In this document: positions 17,659 through 27,611 of the stretch, one piece after another
How positions within the stretch are numbered: position 1 is the first letter of the stretch
How the letters are laid out: each line of letters begins with the position of its first letter
Assembly (NCBI GenBank): GCA_016204995.1
Contig: JACQJR010000001.1
Location: 92,548 to 156,547 of the forward strand
Direction of reading: 5' to 3'
DNA from: Candidatus Microgenomates bacterium
GTDB taxonomy: Bacteria > Patescibacteriota > Microgenomatia > UBA8517 > JACQJR01
DNA: 64,000 bases
Position numbers and translations under genes: made by a program
Notes under the pieces: generated by a model
What the model was told of the DNA's origin: nothing
Seen by the model: the letters and a program-made list of their open reading frames with translations, nothing else
Databases searched by the model: none

Positions 17659-18384
17659 CTATTGGGTTGCTACGAAGACGCCGAGAGTTTTAGTGGCCCC
17701 GTCGGATAATACTTGCCATTTGTTGCCATCCCAGACTTGCCAAATACCTACCGTCGTAATTTTACCCCTCTGGGAACTTGAGCCGCTGGTAAACACCCCG
17801 TATGGACCTGCTACTACTGTGCCGCTAGACTCGCTGGGTAAACCGCTAGTTTGCATTACCACATAAAACCCAGTCGGAGTTTTATCTAAAGTCAAAGAAA
17901 ACTTATCATCAGTAGAAGCTAACTTTTTAGTTTTAGACAATAGAGATACGCCAGTTGCCACTTTAGCCAAAACTTTACCACTACTATTGCGTAATCTCAA
18001 AGTCAAAGTAATATCTTTAACCCCTTTATCATAACGACAAACTCCGGATGAACAAGTCCCAAGAGTTAATTTACGCTCTAAACTGCTTTTCCCGCTGACA
18101 GAAACTGATCCCGGTACTCCTTGCAGTACCCCGGCCGCAGTATTGTAAACTAGCTCATAATCCAGGGTAGCCACCGCTGAATCAATGCCAGTTACTGATA
18201 AAGTTAGTTCCTGGCCAACACCATCAGGCGTTAAAGCAACATAAGGCAAGGGGATGGTGGGAACCACGACCTCATCGGTGGATGGAGTGGTATCTTTAGA
18301 ACGGAGATTAAAAATAGAAAAACCGGCGATAGCGACAACTAAGACACCTAAAATGAGTAAAAATATTGGCAGGTAGGATTTCAT
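17659..18384 (-). CDS. Membrane-anchored hypothetical protein
   Basis: N-terminal TM, beta-rich body, LGTCSSGVCRYD CxxxxC motif. Confidence 0.8.
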   Translation of the reverse strand: MKSYLPIFLLILGVLVVAIAGFSIFNLRSKDTTPSTDEVVVPTIPLPYVALTPDGVGQELTLSVTGIDSAVATLDYELVYNTAAGVLQGVPGSVSVSGKSSLERKLTLGTCSSGVCRYDKGVKDITLTLRLRNSSGKVLAKVATGVSLLSKTKKLASTDDKFSLTLDKTPTGFYVVMQTSGLPSESSGTVVAGPYGVFTSGSSSQRGKITTVGIWQVWDGNKWQVLSDGATKTLGVFVATQ

Positions 18385-18387
18385 AGG

Positions 18388-18511
18388 AAATTTCTAATTT
18401 TCAATTTCTAATTTCTAATGAATTTTCAATGACTCAATGTTTAAAACATTAAAAATTGATCCCGATTCAATCGGGATTGATTGAAAATTGTAAATTAAGA
18501 ATTAAAAATTA
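18388..18511. repeat. Inverted heptamer element (TTTCAAT/TTCTAAT)n...(ATTGAAA)n containing a 15-bp palindrome
   Basis: aatttctaattttcaatttctaatttctaatgaattttcaat...attgattgaaaattgtaaattaagaattaaaaatt, with CCCGATTCAATCGGG at 18461-18475. Confidence 0.75.
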
Positions 18512-18523
18512 TTACTTTTCTAA

Positions 18524-19816
18524 CTATTCACTATTTCGTAATTTCTTGTCAAGTACTTCTTTTAATTGATCAACGCTAACTCTCTCTTGTTTAGTGGTAT
18601 CACGATCGCGAATAGTGACCGTATTATCTTCTAAAGTTTGATAATCAATTGTTACGCACCAAGGTGTCCCAATTTCATCTTGAGCGTAATATCGCTTGCC
18701 GATATTACCCCGTTCGTCAAAAAAAGTCGGATAGTTGGTACTTATGAGTTCATAGACAGAATGGGCTTTTTCAACTATTTCCGGCTTATTAGCCACCAAC
18801 GGGAATACTGCCACTTTGTAAGGAGCTACTTTTGGATTTAATTTGAGGATCATCCGGTCGCCATCTTCAGTATAAGCAGATAGTAATATGGTCAAAAAGG
18901 TTCTGCCGACTCCAAAAGTTGGTTCTACCACATGCGGGAAAAACTTTTCTCCGGTTTGCGGATCTTCGTATTGCAAATCCTGGCCAGATTTAGCAGTATG
19001 ATTTTTCAAGTCAAAATCAGTCCGGTAAGCTAAGCCATATAGTTCTCCCCAGCCAAAAGGAAATTCAAACTCAATATCTTCTGTCCTCTTTGAATAATGT
19101 GATAATTCATCATGGCCGTGAGCCCGCCACTTTAGTCTATCTTTATCTACACCCACATCCAGCAACCACTGCCACATTCTATTTTTCCATTCTTCAAATT
19201 CTTTTTCCCAACTATCAGGCCGGACAAACCATTCAATTTCCATCTGTTCAAATTCCAAAGTCCTAAAAATAAAATTGCCTGGAGTAATCTCGTTTCTGAA
19301 AGCCTTACCAATTTGAGCAATACCAAAAGGCAAGGTGGGCCGTTCGGTAATTAAAATATTTTTAAAGTTCACAAACATTCCTTGAGCAGTTTCCGGCCGC
19401 AAGTATGCAATACTGCCTTGCTCTTCCACCGGCCCGATAAAAGTTTTAAACATTAAATTAAACAGTTTTGCCTCTGCCAGCTCCCCGCTGCATTCCGGAC
19501 ATTTGTTACTATCTATGTGATCTGCCCGAAATCTTTTATGACAAGATTTACATTCTACCAATGGATCAGTAAATGAAGCGATATGTCCCGAAGCTTCCCA
19601 AACTTTAGGATTAGAAATGATGCCGGAATCCAAGGGAAAAACATTATCCCGCCTATCCACAAAACTATCCCACCAAAGTTTCTTAATATTAGCCAGCATC
19701 CGCGCTCCCAACGGGCCATAATCCCAAGTATTAGCCATCCCACCGTAAATTTCCGACCCCGGATAAACAAATCCCCGCCGCTTACACAAAGATACAATTT
19801 TGTCCATAGAAACCAT
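18524..19816 (-). CDS. glyQS: Glycine--tRNA ligase, alpha2 (homodimeric) type
   Basis: CKRRGFVYPGSEIYGG, YLRPETAQG, GKAFRNEITP, EFEQMEIE, PHVVEP and IGKRY..QDEIGTP motifs. Confidence 0.97.
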   Translation of the reverse strand: MVSMDKIVSLCKRRGFVYPGSEIYGGMANTWDYGPLGARMLANIKKLWWDSFVDRRDNVFPLDSGIISNPKVWEASGHIASFTDPLVECKSCHKRFRADHIDSNKCPECSGELAEAKLFNLMFKTFIGPVEEQGSIAYLRPETAQGMFVNFKNILITERPTLPFGIAQIGKAFRNEITPGNFIFRTLEFEQMEIEWFVRPDSWEKEFEEWKNRMWQWLLDVGVDKDRLKWRAHGHDELSHYSKRTEDIEFEFPFGWGELYGLAYRTDFDLKNHTAKSGQDLQYEDPQTGEKFFPHVVEPTFGVGRTFLTILLSAYTEDGDRMILKLNPKVAPYKVAVFPLVANKPEIVEKAHSVYELISTNYPTFFDERGNIGKRYYAQDEIGTPWCVTIDYQTLEDNTVTIRDRDTTKQERVSVDQLKEVLDKKLRNSE

Positions 19817-19819
19817 AAA

Positions 19820-20050
19820 TTATTGTTTTCTTGGAGTAATCAACATCCACATATCTACCATCTCAGCATCATCAGGAAACTCGTAAGCTGTTATGATGGT
19901 AATTTTCGCGCCTGGTAAATTTCGCAAACCCCTAGCTCTCACCAGTCTAACACAAAGCTCTTGCGGCAAAAAAGCTGGAATGGTACGTAACTCACCCGAT
20001 CTTTCCCTAAACGTCACCCAAGTATCAACTATTCTTTCCTGTCTATACAT
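19820..20050 (-). CDS. Hypothetical 76-aa protein
   Basis: Fills the recO-glyQS gap on the same strand; preceded by TGATATACT 6 nt before the ATG. Confidence 0.5.
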   Translation of the reverse strand: MYRQERIVDTWVTFRERSGELRTIPAFLPQELCVRLVRARGLRNLPGAKITIITAYEFPDDAEMVDMWMLITPRKQ

Positions 20051-20074
20051 AAGTTTAGTATATCATTACCATAT

Positions 20075-20635
20075 CTAATTTAAAAACTTTAGAAATCTTC
20101 TGGTGCGAAGTCTCGCTTGGATTAAATTCTCAATAGTGGCATCTACATCAGCTTGCCCCGATTCAATCGGGGCTGACGGGTGCAAAAATCCTAAATCGGT
20201 CAATATGGCTTTTTTAAAGCGAATCACAAATTCAGCCATCCGGCTATAATCAATCTTGGTTAAATAGTTAAAAGCACTTTCCAGAATTTCATAAACCTTT
20301 TTTTGCTCCTGCTCTTCCCGCGTTAATTTATTAACCACTTCAGCCAAATGATAGGCAATGCCGACTTTGGCTAAATCTTTGCGCCATTCGTTGAAATTAT
20401 TTTTTACCTCTACTTCGGTAATAATATTAAAAGTTTTGCCCCGGGCCAAAAAAATACTTACTTGATTAAATAACTCTACACTGCCGCGCTTACGGCTCGT
20501 CGGTCTGCGCACGCCTTTGGCAATCACCCGCAGTTTCCCCTGCTGTTCAGAAAAAATTGTCAAAAGCCTGTCTGCCTCACCAATATTCCTTCTTGCCAAA
20601 ATAATCGCTTCTAGTTTATAGCTTCTTTGTTTCAT
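20075..20635 (-). CDS. recO: DNA repair protein RecO
   Basis: GEADRLLTIFS..GKLRVIAKGVRRPTSR N-terminal OB-fold motif; adjacent to GlyRS. Confidence 0.93.
   Translation of the reverse strand: MKQRSYKLEAIILARRNIGEADRLLTIFSEQQGKLRVIAKGVRRPTSRKRGSVELFNQVSIFLARGKTFNIITEVEVKNNFNEWRKDLAKVGIAYHLAEVVNKLTREEQEQKKVYEILESAFNYLTKIDYSRMAEFVIRFKKAILTDLGFLHPSAPIESGQADVDATIENLIQARLRTRRFLKFLN
20157..20171. repeat. 15-bp palindrome CCCGATTCAATCGGG, in-frame in recO
   Basis: Extends to GCCCCGATTCAATCGGGGC; encodes PIESG. Confidence 0.9.
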
Positions 20636-20649
20636 AAAATTTATCTACC

Positions 20650-21408
20650 CTAAGAACAGTTTTTGGCTTTACGCCAGCCGGCGGCCACTGCTTCAACTTC
20701 TGTACAAAACCAACGCTCACCACTTTCCGTATTAATCATTGTTTTATCATAACTTTTACAACCGAGTAAATGATAAATTTTATCGCCACTAGCGCTGATA
20801 TTACCCTTGATTAGGCAGTTGGGCGATTGGCCTGCCTGCGCAGGCAGGGCTGTTGGGTCATTAGATTCTTGAATTACACCTTGTACTTGGCAGAAATCGC
20901 TCGCCCATAAACCGCGGCCGGCTTCCCTTGCTTCTTCTTCAGCAACTAAAAATTTATCTTTATATTTTACATCAGGTGGAAAAGTAGAAACGCGCGCCAT
21001 GCCTAACCTAATTAACTCTTCATTTACCATTAAATTATCTACATAAACGTATCTTAACAATCTACCGTATTTGTCCGTTTCTGAAATATCTTTTTCTAGT
21101 CTGACTTTTTTGCCCAACACCAGCTCTTTATTTTTCCTGGTGGACTCTTCTACCCCACATTTTCCGCTCTCTGGCGTATCCATACCGATATAACGAAGTT
21201 TTTTCCCGCCTTCTATCTCAATGGTATCTCCGTCAATAATTCGTGTTACCGCAACAAATTGACTGGCGATCGCAGAAGTATCTGTGGCACTAGGAACAAC
21301 TGAATTAGTAGGAAAGCTGGGAGATTTCTGATCGCGACTTTCGCCCCATAAAATAAAAGCGGCCAAGATGCTGATAATCCCGACTGCGGCTAGAAGTTTT
21401 TCTCTCAC
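20650..21408 (-). CDS. Thermonuclease (SNase) family protein with C-terminal Ada-like metal-binding domain
   Basis: IIDGDTI, RYIGMDTPE, DKYGRLLRYVY and A....RGLW motifs; C-terminal CLIKGNIS..KIYH..GC..Y..ERWFC.E.EA.AAGWR. Confidence 0.92.
   Translation of the reverse strand: MREKLLAAVGIISILAAFILWGESRDQKSPSFPTNSVVPSATDTSAIASQFVAVTRIIDGDTIEIEGGKKLRYIGMDTPESGKCGVEESTRKNKELVLGKKVRLEKDISETDKYGRLLRYVYVDNLMVNEELIRLGMARVSTFPPDVKYKDKFLVAEEEAREAGRGLWASDFCQVQGVIQESNDPTALPAQAGQSPNCLIKGNISASGDKIYHLLGCKSYDKTMINTESGERWFCTEVEAVAAGWRKAKNCS
20831..20848. repeat. 18-bp perfect palindrome, in-frame in the nuclease interdomain linker
   Basis: CCTGCCTGCGCAGGCAGG; encodes LPAQAG. Confidence 0.95.
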
Positions 21409-23438
21409 TACAGCCCAAATCTTAATATCTGATCAGTTTGCAGCTGGAATTCCTTGGTTTGACCATCTGCCTGGACAGTGTAATGAAAGGCAGGAGTACC
21501 TGGCTGCTTTTGAATTAACAATGTGTAATCTTTAGTTTTCAAAGGCACTTCATATTCAAGATTTATTTTAGCTACACCTTGGGGTCTCAACTCAAAAAAT
21601 CCACCAAAAACACTTTTACTCAAATCTTCCGACACGCTTTCATCTTTAAGACCGGAATTTTTAATAACTTTAGTGCCGGCTGGTAAATAAACTCTCACAT
21701 AATCTCGTTGTACGCTGTTGAGCCATCCATCATCTTTTTGGGGATTTTTATAGGTAATCTCCAATTGGTGCATAATTTTATCACCACTCTTTTTAATATT
21801 ATCCGTAACTTCCTGTTGAATATAAAGGTTAGACTTGCGACCACCTAAATTAGAATCAACAATAGCCAGATAATCGCCATTAGTATCTTTCAAACGGCCA
21901 GCAATATTAAAGGCCTCCAAAGCTTTTTGACTATCTTCGTCAAACATATAAAACAAAATATGTTTGCCCTGTAAATTAGTCAGAATGGTCTGGAAGAGAT
22001 CAGCCACTTTATCTTTCGGTTGAGCCATGACATTGGCCATAATGGAATTAACTAGAGGACCAACGATGCCTTTCCTGTTATCCAACAATCTGCCATAAAC
22101 AATTTTACCGGTATTGGGATCCCACACCACCGGTCCCTCAATATCCGCGTAAGTTTCCAATTCATAAATGACTTGTGGACAGCTGCAGCGTTTATCAGTT
22201 TCGGCCGAATAGTTACCGTAACCAGGCACACCAATTTTACCTACCACATTTAACAGACCGACCAACACCTCTGTATCAACAGCGATCACCCCGTCAATAT
22301 TTTTAATTCCGGCTGTAGCTGCCTCCTTAGTAAATAAATCCATCGCCACTTTAAAATCAGGCGACCAATTCATATCTCGTAAAGGCCAAATTTTGGAATG
22401 AGTATAGGGCACTCCGGGAGGTCCCCCTAAATATTTAATCAGCTGGGCTGGAGCTTCCAAGCGCGGTTTATAACGATCATCTAAATTATAAATATCATTA
22501 GAAGAGACTGTATCCATTTTGCCGTTTTTAACTTTCATTAATGAGTAGGCTGTCATAAAACCGCCGGTAGGACGCAATTCTTTATCATTTTGGAATAAAA
22601 CCAGGTAAGTTTTGGTGGTTTTGGTACCTAATAAATCTGGCAGACGCTCAAGCAATGGCTTGCCATCAATCAAGAAGGTGGTACCGCTATCCAATAAAGT
22701 GACTATTTCCTGGACATTTTCCCGCACCTTTTTACCCTGGAAATTTTCGGGATAGCGGGCAGGATCAACGGTTCGCACGGCATCCCTTGCTACTTGTAAA
22801 TGAGAGGCCACCTCATCCAGCTTTGGCAAAATGGCTGGCAGAGATTTCACAATAAAATCAATCCTGTCGGAGGCGGTTTTAGCTCCCTCCCCGCCCGGTT
22901 CGTCACCCTTTTTAAAACCTAAAAAATCAATATAGGGTTCAATGGCAGGGATTAAGATATTACCGGCGGCGATTGATTCTTTGCCGGCTTTGACTAACTG
23001 TTTGCCGTCCTGCCAATAGCTGCCTAGAACCGGAATCGGCCGCAGCCAAATCAGAGGGGCTAAGCTTTTATCTACATTATCTAAATCGTGATTTAATTGC
23101 CCTAAACTATCTTGGACTGCCTTTGCATCTTGTTTTTGAACTGCGTCTTGGACGGTGCGGGCCGACACCATCAGTTTATTAGCCGCCTTGGCCACGCCCA
23201 TGGCCGGCAAAACTAGAAAGAGAATTAAAAATATGGCCAGTCCACCTATGATGGCTAAAGGCAACCATAGTTTTTTCTTTTTCAAAAAGGGTTTAGTTGG
23301 CTGATTAATTTTCATTTTATTGTTAGTTGTGGGCAAATCTGTAACAATGGGAGCAGGACTGACTATTTCAGTTTCTGTTGTTTGATCAATATTTTCTTTT
23401 GCCAGTAAATTTTCTCCTAACGGGTCAGACTTTTTCAT
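21408..23438 (-). CDS. DUF4012 domain membrane-anchored protein
   Basis: YLVLFQNDKELRPTGGF, LRDMNWSPDF, DGVIAVD, DSNLGGRKSN and IQKQPG motifs. Confidence 0.88.
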   Translation of the reverse strand: MKKSDPLGENLLAKENIDQTTETEIVSPAPIVTDLPTTNNKMKINQPTKPFLKKKKLWLPLAIIGGLAIFLILFLVLPAMGVAKAANKLMVSARTVQDAVQKQDAKAVQDSLGQLNHDLDNVDKSLAPLIWLRPIPVLGSYWQDGKQLVKAGKESIAAGNILIPAIEPYIDFLGFKKGDEPGGEGAKTASDRIDFIVKSLPAILPKLDEVASHLQVARDAVRTVDPARYPENFQGKKVRENVQEIVTLLDSGTTFLIDGKPLLERLPDLLGTKTTKTYLVLFQNDKELRPTGGFMTAYSLMKVKNGKMDTVSSNDIYNLDDRYKPRLEAPAQLIKYLGGPPGVPYTHSKIWPLRDMNWSPDFKVAMDLFTKEAATAGIKNIDGVIAVDTEVLVGLLNVVGKIGVPGYGNYSAETDKRCSCPQVIYELETYADIEGPVVWDPNTGKIVYGRLLDNRKGIVGPLVNSIMANVMAQPKDKVADLFQTILTNLQGKHILFYMFDEDSQKALEAFNIAGRLKDTNGDYLAIVDSNLGGRKSNLYIQQEVTDNIKKSGDKIMHQLEITYKNPQKDDGWLNSVQRDYVRVYLPAGTKVIKNSGLKDESVSEDLSKSVFGGFFELRPQGVAKINLEYEVPLKTKDYTLLIQKQPGTPAFHYTVQADGQTKEFQLQTDQILRFGL

Positions 23439-23502
23439 AATTAATTATATCCTATTTCTCACTTTCTTTGCCAGACTTTCTTTCTTAAAGAAAGTCTGAA
23501 TG

Positions 23503-24141
23503 TTATACCGCTCCCTTACCTGTCAGCATAATCCAAGGACTCTTTAATAATATCACAAAATCAAGCCATAAAGATTTGCTTCTGGCATATTTGGCATCCA
23601 TCCGAATCCTTTTATCAAAATTGACTTCAGAGCGGCCGGATACTTGCCACAAACCGGTAATGCCGGGGCGGATTGAAATTACCTCTTTAACTAACTGGCT
23701 AGTTTCGGGATATTTCTTCTGCTGTTCTACTAGCTCATCTTCATAATAAGGCCGCGGCCCGATCAAACTCATTTCTCCATTTAGGACATTAAAAAGCTGC
23801 GGCAGCTCATCCAAAGAATGATGACGTAAAAAATTTCCCACCGGCGTAATTCGGGGATCATTTCTCAATTTATAGCTGGATTTTTTGTATTCATCGTATA
23901 ATTTTTTAAACTTGGGATCGTGAGTTAATAAATCATGAGCATTAGCGATCATAGAGCGAAACTTATACAACCTGAACAATTCTCCATCTTTTCCTACCCG
24001 CAAGGGTGTTTGGGCGAGTATCGGCCCCGGCGAAGTAAATTTTATTAGAAAAGCAATTAAAAGCATGAAGGGAGAAAAAATAAGGAGTAAAATAATGGCT
24101 AAAGTTACATCCAATACTCGTTTAATAGAGTCGTAAAACAT
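23503..24141 (-). CDS. Priming phosphoglycosyl (sugar) transferase
   Basis: KRVLD, KFRSM, DPRITPVG, SLDELPQL.NV..GEMSLIGPRP and PGITGLWQVSGRS motifs. Confidence 0.95.
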   Translation of the reverse strand: MFYDSIKRVLDVTLAIILLLIFSPFMLLIAFLIKFTSPGPILAQTPLRVGKDGELFRLYKFRSMIANAHDLLTHDPKFKKLYDEYKKSSYKLRNDPRITPVGNFLRHHSLDELPQLFNVLNGEMSLIGPRPYYEDELVEQQKKYPETSQLVKEVISIRPGITGLWQVSGRSEVNFDKRIRMDAKYARSKSLWLDFVILLKSPWIMLTGKGAV

Positions 24142-24143
24142 AT

Positions 24144-25253
24144 CTAGAGAAATTCTTCCTCTTTTTCTTTTTTCAATTTATTTACCAGTTCTTTAACTTT
24201 TTCTGTCTGATTTTTATCAGCAATTAGGATAGCATCTTTAGTCTCAATCACAATTATATCCTTTAAACCAATTGTGGCAATTAACAGCTTTTCTGTCTGT
24301 ACCAAAGAATTCTCCGTCTCTAAATTTAACCAACGGCCTCTGCCGTTTAATTTCAAAGTCACATTTCCCTGATGGTCTTTTTTACTTAAAGCCCAAACCA
24401 CTTCCCAATCCCCCACGTCATGCCAATCAAAATCAGCCGCCAGCATCAAGAAATTTTTGGCTTTTTCCGAAACTGCATAATCAATGGAAATAGTTTCTAT
24501 TGACCGATAGGTTTTGGCAATCACTTCTCGCTCGTTAGATTGACCAATGGTTTGTTCCACCATCTCCAGACCATGACCAATTTTCGGAGCGTGTTTTTTG
24601 AGAGCCGCCATTAAAGTATCTGCTCGCCAGACATAAAAATTACCGTTCCAATAATACTGACCAGAAGCAGTAAATTTTTTGGCCAGAGTCAAGGGTGGTT
24701 TCTCTATAAACTTATCTACTCGGTAAACTGCCTTACCATCTATTCTATGTTCTATTTTGCCAGTTTTAATATGGCCCATGCCTACGTGAGGAAAATCCGG
24801 TTTCTTACCAATGGCTACCAACTCTTTAGTTTGATCTGCTGCTTCGGCTGCTACTTTTAAAGTATGGATGTAGGCTTCTAGGGGCTTGACTACATGATCC
24901 GATGACTCGTTAACTATCACAGCGTTGGGATCAATACTATGAATATAGGCTGCGGCCAAACCATGGGCAATCGCTGTTCCTCTAGCTTCCGGCTCTACTA
25001 AAATATGCTCCTCGCTCACTTTAGGCAATTCTTTTCTCACTTCTCGGCCGTAAAGCGGATTAGTAGTAACTATCCAAATTCTCTCCCAAGGCACTAATTC
25101 ACTAAATCTAGCAGCAGCCTGCTGTAATAAAGTTTGGTTGCCAAATAATTTAATAAATTGCTTGGGATTTTTCTTACGGGAGAGAGGCCAAAGCCTGGTA
25201 CCGCCGCCGCCGGCTAAAATGACAGCGAAAAGATGATCCTTAAGATTACTCAT
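24144..25253 (-). CDS. manC: Mannose-1-phosphate guanylyltransferase
   Basis: ILAGGGGTRLWPLSR..PKQF, FIEKP, SIDYAVSEK and W.DVGDW motifs. Confidence 0.94.
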   Translation of the reverse strand: MSNLKDHLFAVILAGGGGTRLWPLSRKKNPKQFIKLFGNQTLLQQAAARFSELVPWERIWIVTTNPLYGREVRKELPKVSEEHILVEPEARGTAIAHGLAAAYIHSIDPNAVIVNESSDHVVKPLEAYIHTLKVAAEAADQTKELVAIGKKPDFPHVGMGHIKTGKIEHRIDGKAVYRVDKFIEKPPLTLAKKFTASGQYYWNGNFYVWRADTLMAALKKHAPKIGHGLEMVEQTIGQSNEREVIAKTYRSIETISIDYAVSEKAKNFLMLAADFDWHDVGDWEVVWALSKKDHQGNVTLKLNGRGRWLNLETENSLVQTEKLLIATIGLKDIIVIETKDAILIADKNQTEKVKELVNKLKKEKEEEFL

Positions 25254-26343
25254 TAATTAGTCTTTTAAATTTTTGCACAAACATTCTTTGCGAAAATCTT
25301 CTCGTATGGGCCTGAATAATTTTAACATCATAATTTTCTCTCTTAAAATTTTTGATTGTGCGCGCTAAACTCTCCACAGTTTGCTCTGTAAAAAATTCTC
25401 CGGTTTTCCCGGCTACTACCGTTTCTAAGGCTCCGCCGCCTTTATAGGCAATGACTGGCGTACCGCACATCTGCGCCTCAACGGCCACTATACCAAAATC
25501 TTCCTCTTGGGGGAAGATTAAAACCTGTGCCTTTTTATAGTACGCAACAAGTTCACTATCTGTCAAATGACCGGCAAAGTAAATATTGTTCTTGGCCATT
25601 TTTGATAATTTTCTATATTGGCTGCCTGTTCCCACAATTACCAGAGGCCAACCTAATTTATTAAAAGTTTTAACCACCAAATCTATTCTTTTATAAGATA
25701 CGAGTCGAGAAACCACTAAGAAATAGTTTTTAGATTTTAGATTTTGGATTTTAGATTTCTTACTAAACTCTAAGCTCAAACCTCTAACATCTAAATTCAC
25801 CGGCGGGTACACCACCTTTGACTTGCGTCCATAGTATTTATCTACTCTATTTCGCACCGCCTCGGAAATCGCCACCATCTCATCCGGCCTTTGCGCCGCC
25901 ATCTTATCCCAACTTTTTAGATATGAAAGCAGCCATTTGATGAAGAAACGCTTGATTCTATTGTGGAAATAAATTTCGTGTCCGCTCCATAGATATCTGG
26001 TGGGGGTCAAACAATAACAAATATGGCGGGTGCCGGGGTGAGTAATAATTCCCTTGGCCGCCTCACTGGTAACGGAAATTACTAAGTCATATTCAGAGAA
26101 ATCAAATTGTTCAAAGGCCAGGGGCATCAGCAGAGCTAGCCATTCATGATGTTCCCGAATCAAAGGAATTTTTTGTAAAAATGAAGTATAAACCTGCGGA
26201 AAAACTTGCGCCCACGGTGCATATTTGGCAGAATAAACCGAGGTATAAAGCGGAGCCTTAGGAAATATGTCATGTAGGGCCAGTAATACTCTTTCAGCAC
26301 CACCCCACTTATTCACCCGATCATAAACAATCGCAACTTTCAT
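25246..26343 (-). CDS. GT4 glycosyltransferase (WbaZ-like mannosyltransferase)
   Basis: GGAERVL, YCLTPTRYLW and EEDFGIVAVEAQMCGTPVIA motifs. Confidence 0.92.
   Translation of the reverse strand: MKVAIVYDRVNKWGGAERVLLALHDIFPKAPLYTSVYSAKYAPWAQVFPQVYTSFLQKIPLIREHHEWLALLMPLAFEQFDFSEYDLVISVTSEAAKGIITHPGTRHICYCLTPTRYLWSGHEIYFHNRIKRFFIKWLLSYLKSWDKMAAQRPDEMVAISEAVRNRVDKYYGRKSKVVYPPVNLDVRGLSLEFSKKSKIQNLKSKNYFLVVSRLVSYKRIDLVVKTFNKLGWPLVIVGTGSQYRKLSKMAKNNIYFAGHLTDSELVAYYKKAQVLIFPQEEDFGIVAVEAQMCGTPVIAYKGGGALETVVAGKTGEFFTEQTVESLARTIKNFKRENYDVKIIQAHTRRFSQRMFVQKFKRLINE
25727..25797. repeat. Heptamer array in the GT4 interdomain linker
   Basis: (TTTTAGA)~4, then degenerate TCTAA-type heptamers; encodes LDVRGLSLEFSKKSKIQNLKSK. 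Confidence 0.7.
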
Positions 26344-27449
26344 TCATTTGCCACTTTATTGTAGGTTGATAAAGTTTCTTGAACCATTTTCTTCCAACTA
26401 AAACTGGCAGCTCTTTTATAACCCAATCTAATTTTTTGGGCAAGGAGTTTTTTGTTTGATAAAGTTTCCTTAATAACTTTTGCTATATCTGCCGGATCGT
26501 TTTGATTAAAAAAAGTGGCAGCTTCGCCGTAGACTTCATGAAAGACTGGGATGTCAGAAACTATCACTGGACAGCCCAAATTCATCGCCTCCAGTGGCGG
26601 GATACCAAAGCCTTCCATTCGCGAAGCAGTCACTGAAGCGGAAGCAAAATAATACCAGGCACCAATTTGATTGTTATCCACTGCCCCTATTATTTCTACC
26701 TTATCCTGTAAATTTTGCTTTTTAACAAACTCCTCTATTTTAGGATAGAAAAATTTATCGCTGCCCACTAGCACTAATTTAAAATTAGGAATATCCTTCA
26801 TTGCCAAAACTAGACTTTCTACATTTTTATGCGGATGAACATTACCCACATATAAAATATAAGGCGCGAGCTTTTTCATTTGATTAAATTGACTCCCGGT
26901 AAACTTTTTTCTGATATCATCAATTTCTCCAGACTCATAAGTGACCACGATTTTATTTGGATCTACCGAGTAATGATCAACAATTTCACTTTTAGCGTCA
27001 TTGGATAAAGTAAAAATAGTGCGGGCGCGTCTAGTGGCAATCCATAACACGACGTGATATCCCAGTCTTTTAATTAAATAAAACCAATACGGGAGTGTAG
27101 AAGCTTTGCCAGTTTTATAATGGTCAAAAATTAAATCGTGAATTGTCACCACAAATTTTTTAGGATAAAAAATAGGGAAAGAAAAATAGGGAAAATGCAG
27201 TAAGTCTAAATTTTCGCGGTTAAAAACTTGCGGCAGATAAACTTGCTCAGCTAAAGTATGCCAATGAATATTAGTTTCAACTTTGCGCCACTTGGAATTA
27301 GGCATTTCTAAAGTGTCAAATTCCTGCTTTCCTAAAAACCAGACATATTCATTTTCTTGATCCAGTTCGGGTAGATATTTAAATAAACTCCTAATATACC
27401 GTCCCACCCCCGTCTCATTCCATAATCTACCATCAATACCAATCCGCAT
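26340..27449 (-). CDS. GT4 glycosyltransferase
   Basis: MRIGIDGR, GVGRY, VVTIHDL and EGFGIPPLEAM motifs. Confidence 0.93.
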   Translation of the reverse strand: MRIGIDGRLWNETGVGRYIRSLFKYLPELDQENEYVWFLGKQEFDTLEMPNSKWRKVETNIHWHTLAEQVYLPQVFNRENLDLLHFPYFSFPIFYPKKFVVTIHDLIFDHYKTGKASTLPYWFYLIKRLGYHVVLWIATRRARTIFTLSNDAKSEIVDHYSVDPNKIVVTYESGEIDDIRKKFTGSQFNQMKKLAPYILYVGNVHPHKNVESLVLAMKDIPNFKLVLVGSDKFFYPKIEEFVKKQNLQDKVEIIGAVDNNQIGAWYYFASASVTASRMEGFGIPPLEAMNLGCPVIVSDIPVFHEVYGEAATFFNQNDPADIAKVIKETLSNKKLLAQKIRLGYKRAASFSWKKMVQETLSTYNKVANE

Positions 27450-27611
27450 GAATTAAGTATAGCAAATTTACCTTAATTGCTTTAACAATTCAAATCGCTT
27501 GAACATACCTCCAAGGTCTCTCCTTGGAAACTCACAGGAGTGCTCTTGCTGGTTAATCTAATAAAAGTAATTTTATCTTGTAAATAAGAATAAAAATTGG
27601 TAAAAATATGA

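Noticed and set aside
18524-20635. Alpha2-type GlyRS next to recO as a sign of eukaryotic or archaeal transfer
   Set aside because: Alpha2 GlyRS and recO-GlyRS adjacency are common in bacteria.
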